A stretch of 64,000 bases of DNA, from NCBI GenBank assembly GCA_047601445.1, contig JASGJH010000001.1, positions 3,168,001 to 3,232,000 on the forward strand, in the 5' to 3' direction. The position numbers and the translations under genes were made by a program. The notes under the pieces were generated by a model, which was not told the origin of the DNA, did not search any database, and saw only the letters and a program-made list of their open reading frames with translations. Origin of the DNA: Myxococcales bacterium. GTDB taxonomy: Bacteria; Myxococcota_A; Polyangia; Polyangiales; DASUME01. Shown here in pieces: positions 30,363 to 41,068 of this stretch. Each line of letters starts with the position of its first letter. Positions within the stretch are counted from its first letter, which is position 1.

Positions 30363-30558
30363 GGCCGGAGCGTACTCGCGGAGTTCCTCGGGGCAATCGC
30401 GCGCACCGGGCGACACCCCTCAACGTGAGCTCCCCCACCCTACTCGGCGCGCGCCCAGGAGCTCGCCTGGCGCCGCGCGAAGATCTCCTAGCGATCTCGG
30501 TCGTGGCATCGATCGGGCATTGGCGAGCGAGCCGACATGCCCCAATAGTGTGAAGCGA

Positions 30559-32340
30559 ATGCACCGTGTGTGGACTCGCTTGCTTGGGCTGTTGTTGTGC
30601 GCGCTCTCGGCCGCGCCGGCGCGGGCGGTCACGCCTGCCCAAAACGAAGCGTTCGTGCGCGTGCAGGGGACCCACTTCGTGCTGGGCGACCAGCCATTCC
30701 GCTTCGTGGGCGCCAACGTTTCGGTGATGCACGGGCCCAACGAACGCAAGAGCTACGAGGCCGTGCTCGACGCCGCCGTCGCCGATGGACTGAGCGTGGT
30801 CCGGCTGTGGGCGCTCGGTGAGATCCAGGCGCCAGGCGAGCCGTACCAGGCGCTGTACGCATTTCGCATCGGCGAGAACGGCTGGCTCGACGCGTCGTTC
30901 GTGCACCTGGACCGTGTGCTGGTGGCGGCGCGCGCGCGCAGGCTGCGGGTCATCGTGGTGCTCGCGAACCGCTGGAAGGACTACGGCGGGATCGCCAGCT
31001 ATCTGCACTGGGCCGGGGAGCAGCTCGCGCGCGACACCCGCAATGAGCCTCTCGGGAGCGCGGTGGCGGCCTTCTACGACTGCGGGCGCTGCCAGACGAT
31101 GTATCGGGAGCACTTGAGTCGGGTGGTGGGCCGCATCAACAGCGTCAGCCAAGTGGCCTATCGTGACGATCCAACGATCTTCGCCTGGGAGCTGATCAAC
31201 GAAGCGTCGGCCACCAGTGCACGCGAGGAAGAGTCCATGCTGCGGTGGGTGCGCCAGAGCGCCCAGTACATCCGCTCCATCGACCCCAACCACCTGATCA
31301 GTGCCGGACACATCGGCTACAAGAACTCGCGCGAGCGCAAGGTTTGGCGCGCAGTGCAGAGCCTACCCGAAGTGGATTTCGCCGACCTGCACGTGTACCC
31401 GCAGAACGACATGCGGGTGGAGAACACGGCCCAACTGACGCGCATGATGGATGACCCCATCGCGTTGGCCGAGCTGGTAGTGAAGAAACCACTGGTGTTC
31501 GGAGAGTTCGGCTTCGAACGCAAGCGCGCCTACGTGGAGCGGGTGCGCTGGACGACGGCCTTTCTGGAGCACGCGCTGAAGCGCGGCGCCGCGGGTGCGC
31601 TGATCTGGCTGTACGAGCCGTCGGACAATCCGCGCCGAACCCACAGCATCACCGTGCACCCTTCCGATCTGGGCTCGCGGCGCGTGCGACGCGTGCTTTC
31701 GACCTATGCCCAGGCGATGGCACGCAAGCCCCAGGCGGGCATTCCCGCGAGCTGGAACCGCACCGCCAACCTGCCGCAATTCGCGCCGCCGGTCAGCGAG
31801 CACAGCACGCGCCGCGCACACCGCTCCTTCGTAGCCGGGGGAGAGGGGCTCAGCCTGGAGATGGACGCCACGCTGTTCGCGCTGATCCACTTCGAGCAAG
31901 CCGGCGTGTACCAGGAGCACTCGCTCGACACGGTGTGGGGGGCCGGCGAAGGGTTCGTCGACTATCGCTTTCTCGCGCCACGCGGCGTGCCGAAAGGCGT
32001 GCGGGTCCAGGCGCGCATCTCCTCGGAGCTGCCTGGTGCGGGCGATGGGCTCGACCCACGCGATGGCAGCGACGTCGAGGTGAGTCTGGACGGTGAGGTG
32101 CTGGGTACGGTGCGCGCGCGCGCCGACGACGGCCTCGGCGAGGTGGTGAGCGTGGAGCTCGAGGACGCGCGAGCCTTGCGTCGAATCTTCGTGGCCGGGC
32201 GGCGACACACGCTGCGCTTTCGCGCTCTCCCCTCGGACTACGCGGGCGGCCTCTGCATCTACGGCAAGCCGACGGGCATCATGGCGTTGCCGGACGCAGC
32301 CAAGCGAGAGCTGGACAGCGTGCGCATCACCCTGCGCTAG
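30559..32340 (+). CDS. Secreted GH5 glycoside hydrolase (endo-beta-mannanase-like) with extra C-terminal domain
   Basis: Signal peptide, FRFVGAN, VRLWA, NRWKDYGG, IFAWELINE (acid/base), HVYP, VFGEFG (nucleophile). Confidence 0.88.
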   Translation: MHRVWTRLLGLLLCALSAAPARAVTPAQNEAFVRVQGTHFVLGDQPFRFVGANVSVMHGPNERKSYEAVLDAAVADGLSVVRLWALGEIQAPGEPYQALYAFRIGENGWLDASFVHLDRVLVAARARRLRVIVVLANRWKDYGGIASYLHWAGEQLARDTRNEPLGSAVAAFYDCGRCQTMYREHLSRVVGRINSVSQVAYRDDPTIFAWELINEASATSAREEESMLRWVRQSAQYIRSIDPNHLISAGHIGYKNSRERKVWRAVQSLPEVDFADLHVYPQNDMRVENTAQLTRMMDDPIALAELVVKKPLVFGEFGFERKRAYVERVRWTTAFLEHALKRGAAGALIWLYEPSDNPRRTHSITVHPSDLGSRRVRRVLSTYAQAMARKPQAGIPASWNRTANLPQFAPPVSEHSTRRAHRSFVAGGEGLSLEMDATLFALIHFEQAGVYQEHSLDTVWGAGEGFVDYRFLAPRGVPKGVRVQARISSELPGAGDGLDPRDGSDVEVSLDGEVLGTVRARADDGLGEVVSVELEDARALRRIFVAGRRHTLRFRALPSDYAGGLCIYGKPTGIMALPDAAKRELDSVRITLR

Positions 32341-32351
32341 GAGGGCCCCCC

Positions 32352-35300
32352 TCACACGCGGAACAGGAGCGCGCGGCAGGGCTCGCCGAACACGTCGCTC
32401 AGCGCCTGGCAGTACAGCGCGAGCTGGCGCTCGTAGGCGCGCAGGTCCACCACCTCCACGTCGGTCTTGAAGTCCACCACCACCCATGAGCCGCGTCCTT
32501 GCTCGTCACGCTCGCGGAAGGCCAGGTCGATCACGCCGTCGAGCAAGGTGCCGTCCGCGGCGCGCAAGGTCACCGGGAACTCACGATAGACCTCGGCGCG
32601 AACATCGGCCGCCCGTACGCGCTCCCAGAGCGGATGCGCGAGCGCCAATCGCGTGTCGATTACGGCGCGCTCCATCTCCTCGGGGGTCGCGCCCAGGCCG
32701 CGTCCCACGAAGGTGGCCAGGCCGCTCAACGCGTCCGCCGCGGTCCCTGAAGACCCGCGCTCGAGCAGCGCGTGAACGAGCGTGCCGAAGCGGGCCCCCG
32801 AGGGACGCCCCACGCGCTGCGCGCCGCTATCGATCACCTCGAGCTCGGCCGCGAGCGCCACGGGCGCGCGCAGCTCATCGTGGGCGGCCTGGGTGATGCT
32901 CTGAGCGAGCCAGCTCGGGCTTGCGGCCCGCGTGCGCAGCTCGTGACGGCCCACCACCCAACGCTCGTAGTTCAGCCTGCCCTGCTCGTCGCGACCGTGC
33001 TGCTCGTCGGCGGCCAGCAGCTCTTGTTGCGTGAGTCCCCCGACCGGCGGGCGCTTCAGCTCGAGGAAGTTGGGATCCCACCAAACCACCTTGTGTTGCC
33101 CGCTCTGCGGCTGGTGTAGACCCGGTGCCACGGACTGCTCGGGATCGTGTGGAGCATCCATCGGCCAAGAGACCACCGAGTCGCCCCCGAACTGCGGCGT
33201 GCCCGCGGCCTGCCCGAGCGGACGCCGGAACGCCTCGCGCGCCGGGTAGAGCGCGGGCGCCAGCGGGTCCAGCCAGCCCTCGATCACGGCGTCGCCGCAG
33301 GTGGGCACGACCAAAATTTCCTTGGCGCGCGTGGCGGCCACGTAGGCCACGCGAATGACCTCGCTCTCGTCCTGGTCGCGCACGTGCTCGCGTTGCTCGA
33401 TCAGCTCGCGCGGTTCCACATCGCAAAGCGACTGCGCCCATAACCGACGCTCGCCATCGATGTGCCGGGAAGCTCGCTGCACCCGGCGCGGCGCGTTCGG
33501 ATCGCAAAGCACGACCACCGGGAACTCGAGGCCCTTGGCGGTGTGCACGGTCATGATGCGGACGCCGTCGCTGCCCTCTTCGATCACAGGCGCCTCCGGG
33601 GCCTCGGCGAGCTCCGCCTGACGATCGAGCCACTCGACGAAGCCGCGGAAGGACGTGACGCCGCCGCGCCGTTCGTGGGAACGCGCGAAGTCGAGCACCC
33701 GCAGCACGTTGCCGAGGGCCTGCTCACCGGTGGGCCAGATGGCGATGCCCGCGTGGGCGCGCAGGGACTCGAGGAGGCTCGCGATGGTGCTCGCGATAGG
33801 ACGCCGATTGCGGCTCTTGTGGAGCGCAGCGAGCAGCTCGAGTACCTCGGCTACCTCGCGCTCTGCGGGCTCGAGGGCGTCCCGCTCCACGGGGCCCAGC
33901 GGGTGCAGGTGCCGCACTTTGCGCTTGAACGAGAGCAGGCTCTCGTCGCTCAACGCCACGAAGGGTCCGCGCAAGCTCGCGTACACATGCAGAGCATCGT
34001 CGGGCCACTCGATGGCCGTGAGCACAGCGCGCAGCGCGATGATCTCCTCGCGCGCGTGAAACGAGCGGCCGCCGGAGAGCACGTGCGGGATGCGCCGTGC
34101 CTCCAAAGCCCGCACGTACTCACGGGTGACGTCATCCTCGAAAGAGCGGAAGCGCTTGAACAGCAGGCACACGTGACGCGCCTCGACGGGCACGTCGCGC
34201 CCCGCCTCGTGCACGCGATAGCCGCTGTGGCGCACCAGCCAGTCCACCCAGGCCGCCACGGCGTCCGGCAACGACGCGTCGATGGCCCCCTTGGTGATGC
34301 GCCCGTAGGGACTATAGGGCTCCGGAACGGGCAGGGCGATCACTTCGGGTTGCCTCTCGCGCGCGCTGCGGAAAGGCGCGAGCGGCACGTAGTCCGCCTG
34401 GCCGCTTTCGCGGTTGCCGGTCATCAAGGCGGCGAAGGCCCCGTTGACGCACTGCTGAATGCCGGGCACCGATCGGAAGCTCGTGGAGAGCTGCACGAGC
34501 TCTGCGCCTTGCTGCACCAGGTGTTGCTTGACCCGTTCGTAGAGCAGCACGTCGGCGCGTCGAAAGCGATAGATGCTCTGCTTGGGATCGCCGACCAGGA
34601 ACAGCTTGCCGGGCACGCTGTGCGCCTGCCACGGATCGTTCGTCGCGGCGTCGTCGGCGGCCAACAGCAGCAAGATCTCGGCCTGCACGGGATCGGTGTC
34701 CTGAAACTCGTCCACGAACAGGTGGGTGACGCGGGCCTGCAGCGTGGCGCGCACGGTGTGGACTTCGGCGATCAGGCGGCGCGTGAATAGCAATAGATCG
34801 AAGAAGTCGAGCGCGCCGAGGCGGGCCTTCTCGCGCTGGTAGGCGTCCACGGCGGGCAAGAGCTCGCGCGACAAGCATGCGGCCAGATCGGCGCCAGCGT
34901 CCTCCGCGAAGCGCTCGAGCTTGGCGCGCGCCGCATCGCGCAACGAGAGCACCTCCGCGCGCGAGCGCTCCCCCGCGAAGACCTCGCCGCGCCCCGGTTT
35001 GCCGCGGAGTTCACTCTTGTAGCTGCGGTCCTGGGCGAGCTGTCGCAGGAATTCTTCCAGGGCGTCCAGCGACAGGCCGCGCGCGTTGCCCAGCTTGTTG
35101 CCCAGGCCGCGCAGCGCGACCGCCAGCGGATCCCCGCGCCCTGCCCCCTTGGCCAGCGCGGAGAGCCCGCGCAGCTCCTCGAGACACGCCGCGATGGCCT
35201 GCTCCCGCTCGAACGGATCCCGGCGGTAGCTGGTGGTGAAGTCGCGCGTCTCCACCAGGTTGGCCACCGCCTGGAACAGGGTCTCGCGCACCGCCTTGCC

Positions 35301-35864
35301 CTTGTCGCTCACCTGCTTTCGCGCGAGCACGCGACGAACACCTTCGGGCGGCGACTCCACGACGGCTTCGAACCAGGTCGCGAAGGAGCGCTCGAGCAAG
35401 GCGCGCGAACGTCCCGCGTCCAGCACTTCGAACGCTGGATCCACGCCTGCCTCGACGGGATGGGCCCGCAACAGGTCGCTGCACAGCCCATGGATGGTGC
35501 CGATGCGCGCTGCCTCGAGCTCCGACAGGGCCACGCGGAGGCGCGTCACTTCCTCCCCCGTGCGCGCGGCGTGCAAGAGCGCGCGATCGAGCTCGGTGCG
35601 GATGCGCAGCTTCATCTCACCGGCGGCCTTTTCCGTGAAGGTCACCGCCACGATGGATGAGAGCTTGCCGAGTCCACTCGCCACGATGGCCACGATGCGC
35701 TGCACGAGCTCGGTGGTCTTGCCAGTGCCGGCCGCAGCCTCCACGATGAGGGTGCGCTCGAGGCCGTGTCGGATCGCGAGCCGTGCCTCGCCATCGATCA
35801 GGCGTTCCACGTCCTGCTCGCGGTGAGCTGTCGCCGCGTGATTCTCAGGGAGACCTGAGCTCAC
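32352..35864 (-). CDS. addA: AddA-like UvrD helicase-nuclease subunit
   Basis: AAAGTGKT, TFTEKAA, VDEFQDT, GDPKQSIYRFR, TVHTAKGLEF, YVAATRA, C-terminal GVIDL..DFKT. GTGA overlap with the upstream gene. Confidence 0.9.
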   Translation of the reverse strand: MSSGLPENHAATAHREQDVERLIDGEARLAIRHGLERTLIVEAAAGTGKTTELVQRIVAIVASGLGKLSSIVAVTFTEKAAGEMKLRIRTELDRALLHAARTGEEVTRLRVALSELEAARIGTIHGLCSDLLRAHPVEAGVDPAFEVLDAGRSRALLERSFATWFEAVVESPPEGVRRVLARKQVSDKGKAVRETLFQAVANLVETRDFTTSYRRDPFEREQAIAACLEELRGLSALAKGAGRGDPLAVALRGLGNKLGNARGLSLDALEEFLRQLAQDRSYKSELRGKPGRGEVFAGERSRAEVLSLRDAARAKLERFAEDAGADLAACLSRELLPAVDAYQREKARLGALDFFDLLLFTRRLIAEVHTVRATLQARVTHLFVDEFQDTDPVQAEILLLLAADDAATNDPWQAHSVPGKLFLVGDPKQSIYRFRRADVLLYERVKQHLVQQGAELVQLSTSFRSVPGIQQCVNGAFAALMTGNRESGQADYVPLAPFRSARERQPEVIALPVPEPYSPYGRITKGAIDASLPDAVAAWVDWLVRHSGYRVHEAGRDVPVEARHVCLLFKRFRSFEDDVTREYVRALEARRIPHVLSGGRSFHAREEIIALRAVLTAIEWPDDALHVYASLRGPFVALSDESLLSFKRKVRHLHPLGPVERDALEPAEREVAEVLELLAALHKSRNRRPIASTIASLLESLRAHAGIAIWPTGEQALGNVLRVLDFARSHERRGGVTSFRGFVEWLDRQAELAEAPEAPVIEEGSDGVRIMTVHTAKGLEFPVVVLCDPNAPRRVQRASRHIDGERRLWAQSLCDVEPRELIEQREHVRDQDESEVIRVAYVAATRAKEILVVPTCGDAVIEGWLDPLAPALYPAREAFRRPLGQAAGTPQFGGDSVVSWPMDAPHDPEQSVAPGLHQPQSGQHKVVWWDPNFLELKRPPVGGLTQQELLAADEQHGRDEQGRLNYERWVVGRHELRTRAASPSWLAQSITQAAHDELRAPVALAAELEVIDSGAQRVGRPSGARFGTLVHALLERGSSGTAADALSGLATFVGRGLGATPEEMERAVIDTRLALAHPLWERVRAADVRAEVYREFPVTLRAADGTLLDGVIDLAFRERDEQGRGSWVVVDFKTDVEVVDLRAYERQLALYCQALSDVFGEPCRALLFRV

Positions 35865-38800
35865 GGCATCCCCCGGACGCGGTGGAGCGGACTCAAGCGC
35901 AGCCCGTCCTGAGCCTTCACGCGTGCGACCCGCTCGGCCTCGTAGGGCCCACACACCACGCGGTAGGCACAGTGGTCGCACTCGGAGCTGCCCGCTCGAT
36001 GCTGCGGTGCCGCGGGCAAGAAGCCTTGCGCCACCATTCCGTCGATGGCGTTCACCAACTCCTGAGCGCGCTTGCGGTTGCCGTCATTGAGCGGCACGTC
36101 GTGGCTCTGGAAGCCCGCCTTGCTGGTGCAGAAATAGAGCCGGCCTGCGTCGACCTTGCTGCTCGGGAAGAGCTGCTCGAGTGCGAGCGCATAGAGCAGG
36201 GGTTGGAGCACACGTCCCCCGTCCGTGACGGCGAGGGCATTTTCCTGGGCTTTGCCGGTCTTGTGATCGGTGGCGCGCACGAGCGTGGGCGCGGCCGAGT
36301 CGGAGCCCGCGCTGCGCTCCACGAGATTGATGGCGCCGCGCAGCTTGAGCCCGACGGGCAAGAGCACGGGCTCGACCCGGCTGTGGGGGTCGCGCTCGAG
36401 TGAGGAGCGCAAGCCGAACCCGAGTTCGAAGCGCCAGGGGATCCAGCGTGCTTCATCCAGCATCCGCGCGAGCCACTCCTCGAGGTCCGCGCGCAGTGCC
36501 ACCAGCGAAGCGTCGAACACGCGTTCGACGGCGGGAGCGTAGGTCTCCTTGAGGGAAGCGACCTGGGCCACGAACACTTGTTCGAGCAAAGCCCGGGCGC
36601 GCGTGAGCCCCTCACGCGTGAGGGGCAGCAGCTGCTCGGCCGCGAGCCCGCTGAGGACATCGTGCTGAACCGCGTGAAAGAGTACGCCGCGCTGGCGCGC
36701 ATCGAGTTCGTCGAGCTCTGGCACTTGCTCCCGCTCGGCCACGCCCATCACCGAATGCAGGAAGAAGCGATAGGGGCAACTCGCGAACTGAGCCAGGGCC
36801 GAGGCCGAATACGGGCGCGCCGCGAGCCGCTCGCTAGCCATCAGGCGCGCGGCGCTCTCCTGGGAGAGCACGAGGCCATCGGCCTGCGTGAAGCGAGGAG
36901 TTTCCCAGCGGCGGGCCCGAAAGCGCAGGGCGCGCGCCAAGTTCGGGTTGGCGAGCAAAGAGTAGCGCGCACCGCCCTTGCGAGCGCCGGCCCGCGCACG
37001 CCACAGGTCGAGCACGGCCAGGTCGTACTCCGCGTCATCGATGGCCTGCTCGGGGGACGCCGGCGCGGGCCAGCCCATGCGCGCCGCCGCGCCCGGGTCG
37101 GCGCGGCGATTGAGCTCGTCGAACGCAGGCAACGCTCCGTCCACGGCATGCAGCACCTCGAGGCCGTAAAAGGAAGGCACCCGCGGACGCCCATGCTCCA
37201 CGTCGAAGCGCGGAAACGACAGCACCACCTGGCCACGCGCCGCGCCCACGGCGAGCCGCAAGAGCACGCGCTCGCGGGCCGCACGCTCTTCCGTGAGCAT
37301 CAGGTGCGGCCCGAGCGCGCGTCGCTTCGCATCCGGGAGAATGGGATCTTCGTGTAGCCGCGGCGGAAACACCTTCTCGGCCAGCCCCAGCACGAACACC
37401 TGCTCGAAACTGCGCCCGGCCGCGTCCTCCACGTCGCCCACGAACACCTTGCCCGCGCCATGCCCGCCGCTGCGCACGATGGCGGTGCCGAGGCGTCGGG
37501 AGAGCAGCCGCTCCACGTCGAGTAGCTCGACGGGTCCCACCGAAGCGAGCGGCGCGAGCTCGAGCAGCGCTTCGCGCACGCTCTCCGGGCGCTGCAGGCT
37601 ACGGCGCGCCAGGTCGTCCAGGGCCGCCAGCCACTCGCCCCAACTAGCCCGCTGCGGTAGGCCCGTCAGGCGATCGAGCAGCGGGAGGGCGAACTCGAGC
37701 AAGGCCGCGAGCTGGCCACGCTGCAAGGTGAGGGACGCGTGTCGAGGCCCCTCCGGCTCCGTGCCCACGAGCTCGAGATCCAGCTCGCACAACAAGGAGC
37801 GCAGCCGGCGCTCCCAGCGCGCGCGACCGCCGATCACCGTCGCATCCACGAGCAAGCGCTCCCAGCGCCGCGGACTGCGCGGCGTGCGCTCGCTATCGTC
37901 GTCGACGGCGGCGCCGGTGCGCGTGTCGTCGGGCTGCTCGTCGACCGCAGCCGGAGCCACGCCGAGCGAGAGATACTCCGCGAAGGCACGCGCCGAGAGC
38001 CCCTCGCGCGCGCAGGCGAGCAGCGCCAAGAAAGCCCGTCCTTCGGGCACCGGGCGCCGCACGCCATCGGCGAAGTGCGCCGGGATCTGCGCGCGCCGCA
38101 GCGCTTCCTCGACCGGGTCACGATAGGCGTCGGCTGCGCGCAGGAAGATCGCCATGCGATCGAAGGCTACGCCGCGCTCCGCCGCCGCCAAGATCTCGCG
38201 CGCCACCTCCACGGCCTCGCGGTTCTCGCCTGCGCCCGACATCAACTTCACGCGACCGCGCTCGGCCGCGGGACCACTCCCCGACAGGCTGGGCGCGAAG
38301 AGCTGACGCTTGAGTTGGGCCAGATCGTGGTCCTCGAGCGGGAACCGGCGCTCGGTCAGCGCGTCCTCTCCCAGCGAAAGTCGCCAGAAATGTTCGCTGT
38401 GTTCGTCGCCTCGCGCCACGCTCACGCGCGCCTGCAGACGCGCCCGACAAAGTGCGGCAGCGAACTCACTCTCGCGCGCGTGCACCAGTGGCACGTCGAG
38501 CACCACCAACGCGCAACGCGCGAGCGCGCGCCGTGGATCCGCCCCCAGCGCCTCACTCGCCAGCGCGAACAAGCGCGGGCGGTCGCACAGCTGCTCACGC
38601 TCGAGGGCCTCCTCGTAGCGCTGCAGAAACAGCGCTAATTCGCGGTCATGGGGAGCAAGCAGGGCTGTCGTGACCCCCGCCATGCGCAGCTCGATCAGGG
38701 CCTCGCTCAGCGCCCGCACGAAGCCAGGGCGCTGCCCGATCTCGCCGAAGCGCCCGAGCTCGCCGGTGCCCGAGAGCTCGAACACCACGCGCGCGCACAG

Positions 38801-39076
38801 CGCCTCTACTCCCACGCCGCGCAACAACGCGAGGCCCGCGCGCGCCAGGCTCGGCAGAGCAAACTCGAGCGCCGCGCTCTCGAGCGTGTGCTTGGCCCAG
38901 CCCGCGCGCGCCTGGCCCGGGCCGAGCACACGCTGCACGAGGGCGAGCCCCGAGAGGGGACTCGGCGCGAGAATCAGCGCGGGTTCTTGGGCAGGCAGGT
39001 CGCGCAGAAACGCCTCCGCGGCCGCGAGACGCTGCTCGCCGCACGGCGACTCGAACAAGCCTACGCTGCGCTTCAC
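35861..39076 (-). CDS. addB: AddB-like subunit (inactive helicase plus Fe-S PD-(D/E)XK nuclease)
   Basis: SCPYRFF...CDHCAYRVVC Fe-S staple, LRGAINLVE..DHKTG. Coupled to addA. Confidence 0.85.
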   Translation of the reverse strand: MKRSVGLFESPCGEQRLAAAEAFLRDLPAQEPALILAPSPLSGLALVQRVLGPGQARAGWAKHTLESAALEFALPSLARAGLALLRGVGVEALCARVVFELSGTGELGRFGEIGQRPGFVRALSEALIELRMAGVTTALLAPHDRELALFLQRYEEALEREQLCDRPRLFALASEALGADPRRALARCALVVLDVPLVHARESEFAAALCRARLQARVSVARGDEHSEHFWRLSLGEDALTERRFPLEDHDLAQLKRQLFAPSLSGSGPAAERGRVKLMSGAGENREAVEVAREILAAAERGVAFDRMAIFLRAADAYRDPVEEALRRAQIPAHFADGVRRPVPEGRAFLALLACAREGLSARAFAEYLSLGVAPAAVDEQPDDTRTGAAVDDDSERTPRSPRRWERLLVDATVIGGRARWERRLRSLLCELDLELVGTEPEGPRHASLTLQRGQLAALLEFALPLLDRLTGLPQRASWGEWLAALDDLARRSLQRPESVREALLELAPLASVGPVELLDVERLLSRRLGTAIVRSGGHGAGKVFVGDVEDAAGRSFEQVFVLGLAEKVFPPRLHEDPILPDAKRRALGPHLMLTEERAARERVLLRLAVGAARGQVVLSFPRFDVEHGRPRVPSFYGLEVLHAVDGALPAFDELNRRADPGAAARMGWPAPASPEQAIDDAEYDLAVLDLWRARAGARKGGARYSLLANPNLARALRFRARRWETPRFTQADGLVLSQESAARLMASERLAARPYSASALAQFASCPYRFFLHSVMGVAEREQVPELDELDARQRGVLFHAVQHDVLSGLAAEQLLPLTREGLTRARALLEQVFVAQVASLKETYAPAVERVFDASLVALRADLEEWLARMLDEARWIPWRFELGFGLRSSLERDPHSRVEPVLLPVGLKLRGAINLVERSAGSDSAAPTLVRATDHKTGKAQENALAVTDGGRVLQPLLYALALEQLFPSSKVDAGRLYFCTSKAGFQSHDVPLNDGNRKRAQELVNAIDGMVAQGFLPAAPQHRAGSSECDHCAYRVVCGPYEAERVARVKAQDGLRLSPLHRVRGMP

Positions 39077-39795
39077 CACCACCAAACCGCCACCACTCCG
39101 ATCACCGCCCAGCCACCCATGGACAGCAAGAGGCCCGACAAGGCGCGCGCCGTCTGGCCGCGCGCGCTCAAGGCACCGTAGAGCGCGAGCCCGCTCCAAA
39201 ACAAGCCCACAGGCAGCAAAAGTGGCCCCAGCACCGGGATCGCCAACGGGCTCAAGCCGTAGGCCGTGGCGCGCACCAGCACGTCGTAGCGCACGGCGAT
39301 CTGCAGCATCCGACACAGCGCCCACAGCCAGCCTGCGTAGACGGCTACGCCCAGTGAAAGCAGCGTGGAGAACACCAACGATGCCGGTACGAGCGAGACC
39401 GCCGTACCCAGCAGTCCCGTGCTGTGTAGCCCGAGACGCGGGGCGTCAGCCCAGGTGAGCAACGGGACTGCGCCCGCGATGGACAGCGGCAAGAGTCCGC
39501 ATACACCGCACAAGAACACGAATTGCAACGCATGCACCAGGTGACCCGCACCGCCGAGGCGGCGCCCCAGCGAAAACGGCCCAGCAAGGCCGGCGCGCAG
39601 GGTGTTCCAGAACGCGCGCGAGATCCCGAGCTCCCCGCGCTCCTCCCAGTCGACGGTGGCACGCACCACACAGCGATTGCACATCGCCACGGGCTCGAGC
39701 GGCGTACACAACCGGCACACGAAGTCCCCGCAGCGCACGCAGCTCGCTTCGGCCTCGGCGTCTCGATGCGTCGCGCAGCGCGCTAGTTGAGACAT
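39073..39795 (-). CDS. Membrane protein with N-terminal B-box-like zinc finger and Yip1-like TM domain
   Basis: CATH..CVRCGDFVCRLC..CNRC followed by about 5 TM helices. Confidence 0.7.
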   Translation of the reverse strand: MSQLARCATHRDAEAEASCVRCGDFVCRLCTPLEPVAMCNRCVVRATVDWEERGELGISRAFWNTLRAGLAGPFSLGRRLGGAGHLVHALQFVFLCGVCGLLPLSIAGAVPLLTWADAPRLGLHSTGLLGTAVSLVPASLVFSTLLSLGVAVYAGWLWALCRMLQIAVRYDVLVRATAYGLSPLAIPVLGPLLLPVGLFWSGLALYGALSARGQTARALSGLLLSMGGWAVIGVVAVWWW

Positions 39796-39865
39796 GTGGA
39801 GGCCCCCATTTCGAGCGCCGTCGGCGAGCCCTCACCGCCCCGAGCGTTGCGCCGACGTGACGCCT

Positions 39866-41068
39866 TCACTCGAGCACGTAGAACGCGCGACCGTAGGTCT
39901 CGAGCAAGGACAGCGCCCTGTCCATCTCTTCGCGCGTGTGCCCGCGCGTGACGTTGAGGCGCAGGCGCTCGTCGCCGCGCTTCACCGCCGGGTACACCAG
40001 CGGCACCATCATCACGCCGTTCTCGAGCAGCGCCACGTGCATGAAGAGCGCCTTGGCCTCGTCGCCGCAGTTGGGGGGCATGATGTGCGTGTTGCTGCGG
40101 CCCAGGTTGAACCCGAGCTCGGTCAAGCTCTTGCGCATGTAGGCCGACTTCTCGTGGAGCTCCGCCACCAAAGCGGGCCCTTCCGCCTCGAGCATCGTCA
40201 GGATGGTCGACACCGCGGCCACCACCGGTACCGGCAGCGTGGCGCTGAACATGAAGGAGCGCGCCGAGTTCTTGATGTGCTCGATCACGTCGGTCGAGCC
40301 CAAGAGCAGCCCGCCGATGCCGCCGAAGACCTTGGAGAACGCCGTCATCAGCAGCGGCACGCGACCTTCGAGCCCGAAGTGCTCGAGCGTTCCGCGCCCG
40401 TTGTGGCCCAAGGTGCCCGAGCCGTGCGCATCGTCCACCAGGAGCACGGCGTTGTAGCGCTCGCAAACCTCGACGATCTCCGGCAGGGTCCCCATGTCGC
40501 CGTCGAGCGAGTACACGCCTTCCACCAGCACCAGGACGTTCTTGCGCTCCTTGGTCTTGAGCACGCGCTCGAGGGACTTGGCGGAATTGTGATTGAAGAA
40601 GCGCACCTCGGGAGCGCGCTTGGGGGTGCCCGCCGCCAGGAACGTGCCGTCCAAAATGCAGGCATGGCTCAGGTTGTCGAGCGCCAGCGTGGTGTCGCTG
40701 TCCGACAGGGCCATGATGGCCCCCACCATGGCCTGATAGCCGGTGGTGAACATGAGCGCGGCCGGGTAGCCGAAGAACTTGGCCAGGCGCTCCTCGAGCT
40801 CCACGTGGGCCGTGGTGGTGGCTTGCGGGCGCGAGCTCGAGAGTCCCATCGCGTACTTCTCGACAGCGGCCGCGGCGGCCTCCTTGACCTTGGGGTGCGT
40901 GGTCAGCCCGAGATAGTCGTTGGAGCTGAACTGCACGATGGGCTTGCCCGCGATGGACGTGCGTAGACCGCCGTTCTCGAACTCCCGAAAGAGCGGGTAG
41001 ACCTGCTTCTCCTTGGCCTCACGGATACGGGCCAGCTCTGCGTGCGCCTTCTCGTCGATCCAGTTCAT
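39866..41068 (-). CDS. PLP-dependent alpha-oxoamine synthase (serine palmitoyltransferase/BioF/Kbl family)
   Basis: SNDYLGL, SHACILDG, EGVYSLDGD, DDAHG, AFSK (PLP lysine), RLRL. Confidence 0.9.
   Translation of the reverse strand: MNWIDEKAHAELARIREAKEKQVYPLFREFENGGLRTSIAGKPIVQFSSNDYLGLTTHPKVKEAAAAAVEKYAMGLSSSRPQATTTAHVELEERLAKFFGYPAALMFTTGYQAMVGAIMALSDSDTTLALDNLSHACILDGTFLAAGTPKRAPEVRFFNHNSAKSLERVLKTKERKNVLVLVEGVYSLDGDMGTLPEIVEVCERYNAVLLVDDAHGSGTLGHNGRGTLEHFGLEGRVPLLMTAFSKVFGGIGGLLLGSTDVIEHIKNSARSFMFSATLPVPVVAAVSTILTMLEAEGPALVAELHEKSAYMRKSLTELGFNLGRSNTHIMPPNCGDEAKALFMHVALLENGVMMVPLVYPAVKRGDERLRLNVTRGHTREEMDRALSLLETYGRAFYVLE

Noticed and set aside
32352..39076. Helicase plus Cas4-like nuclease as an anti-phage defence system
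   Set aside because: Size, order, coupling and Fe-S staple fit housekeeping AddAB. There is no defence-island context.
39866..41068. Plain bioF or kbl annotation
   Set aside because: No bio or tdh genes are nearby, and the gene is translationally coupled to KS/CLF. No symbol was assigned.
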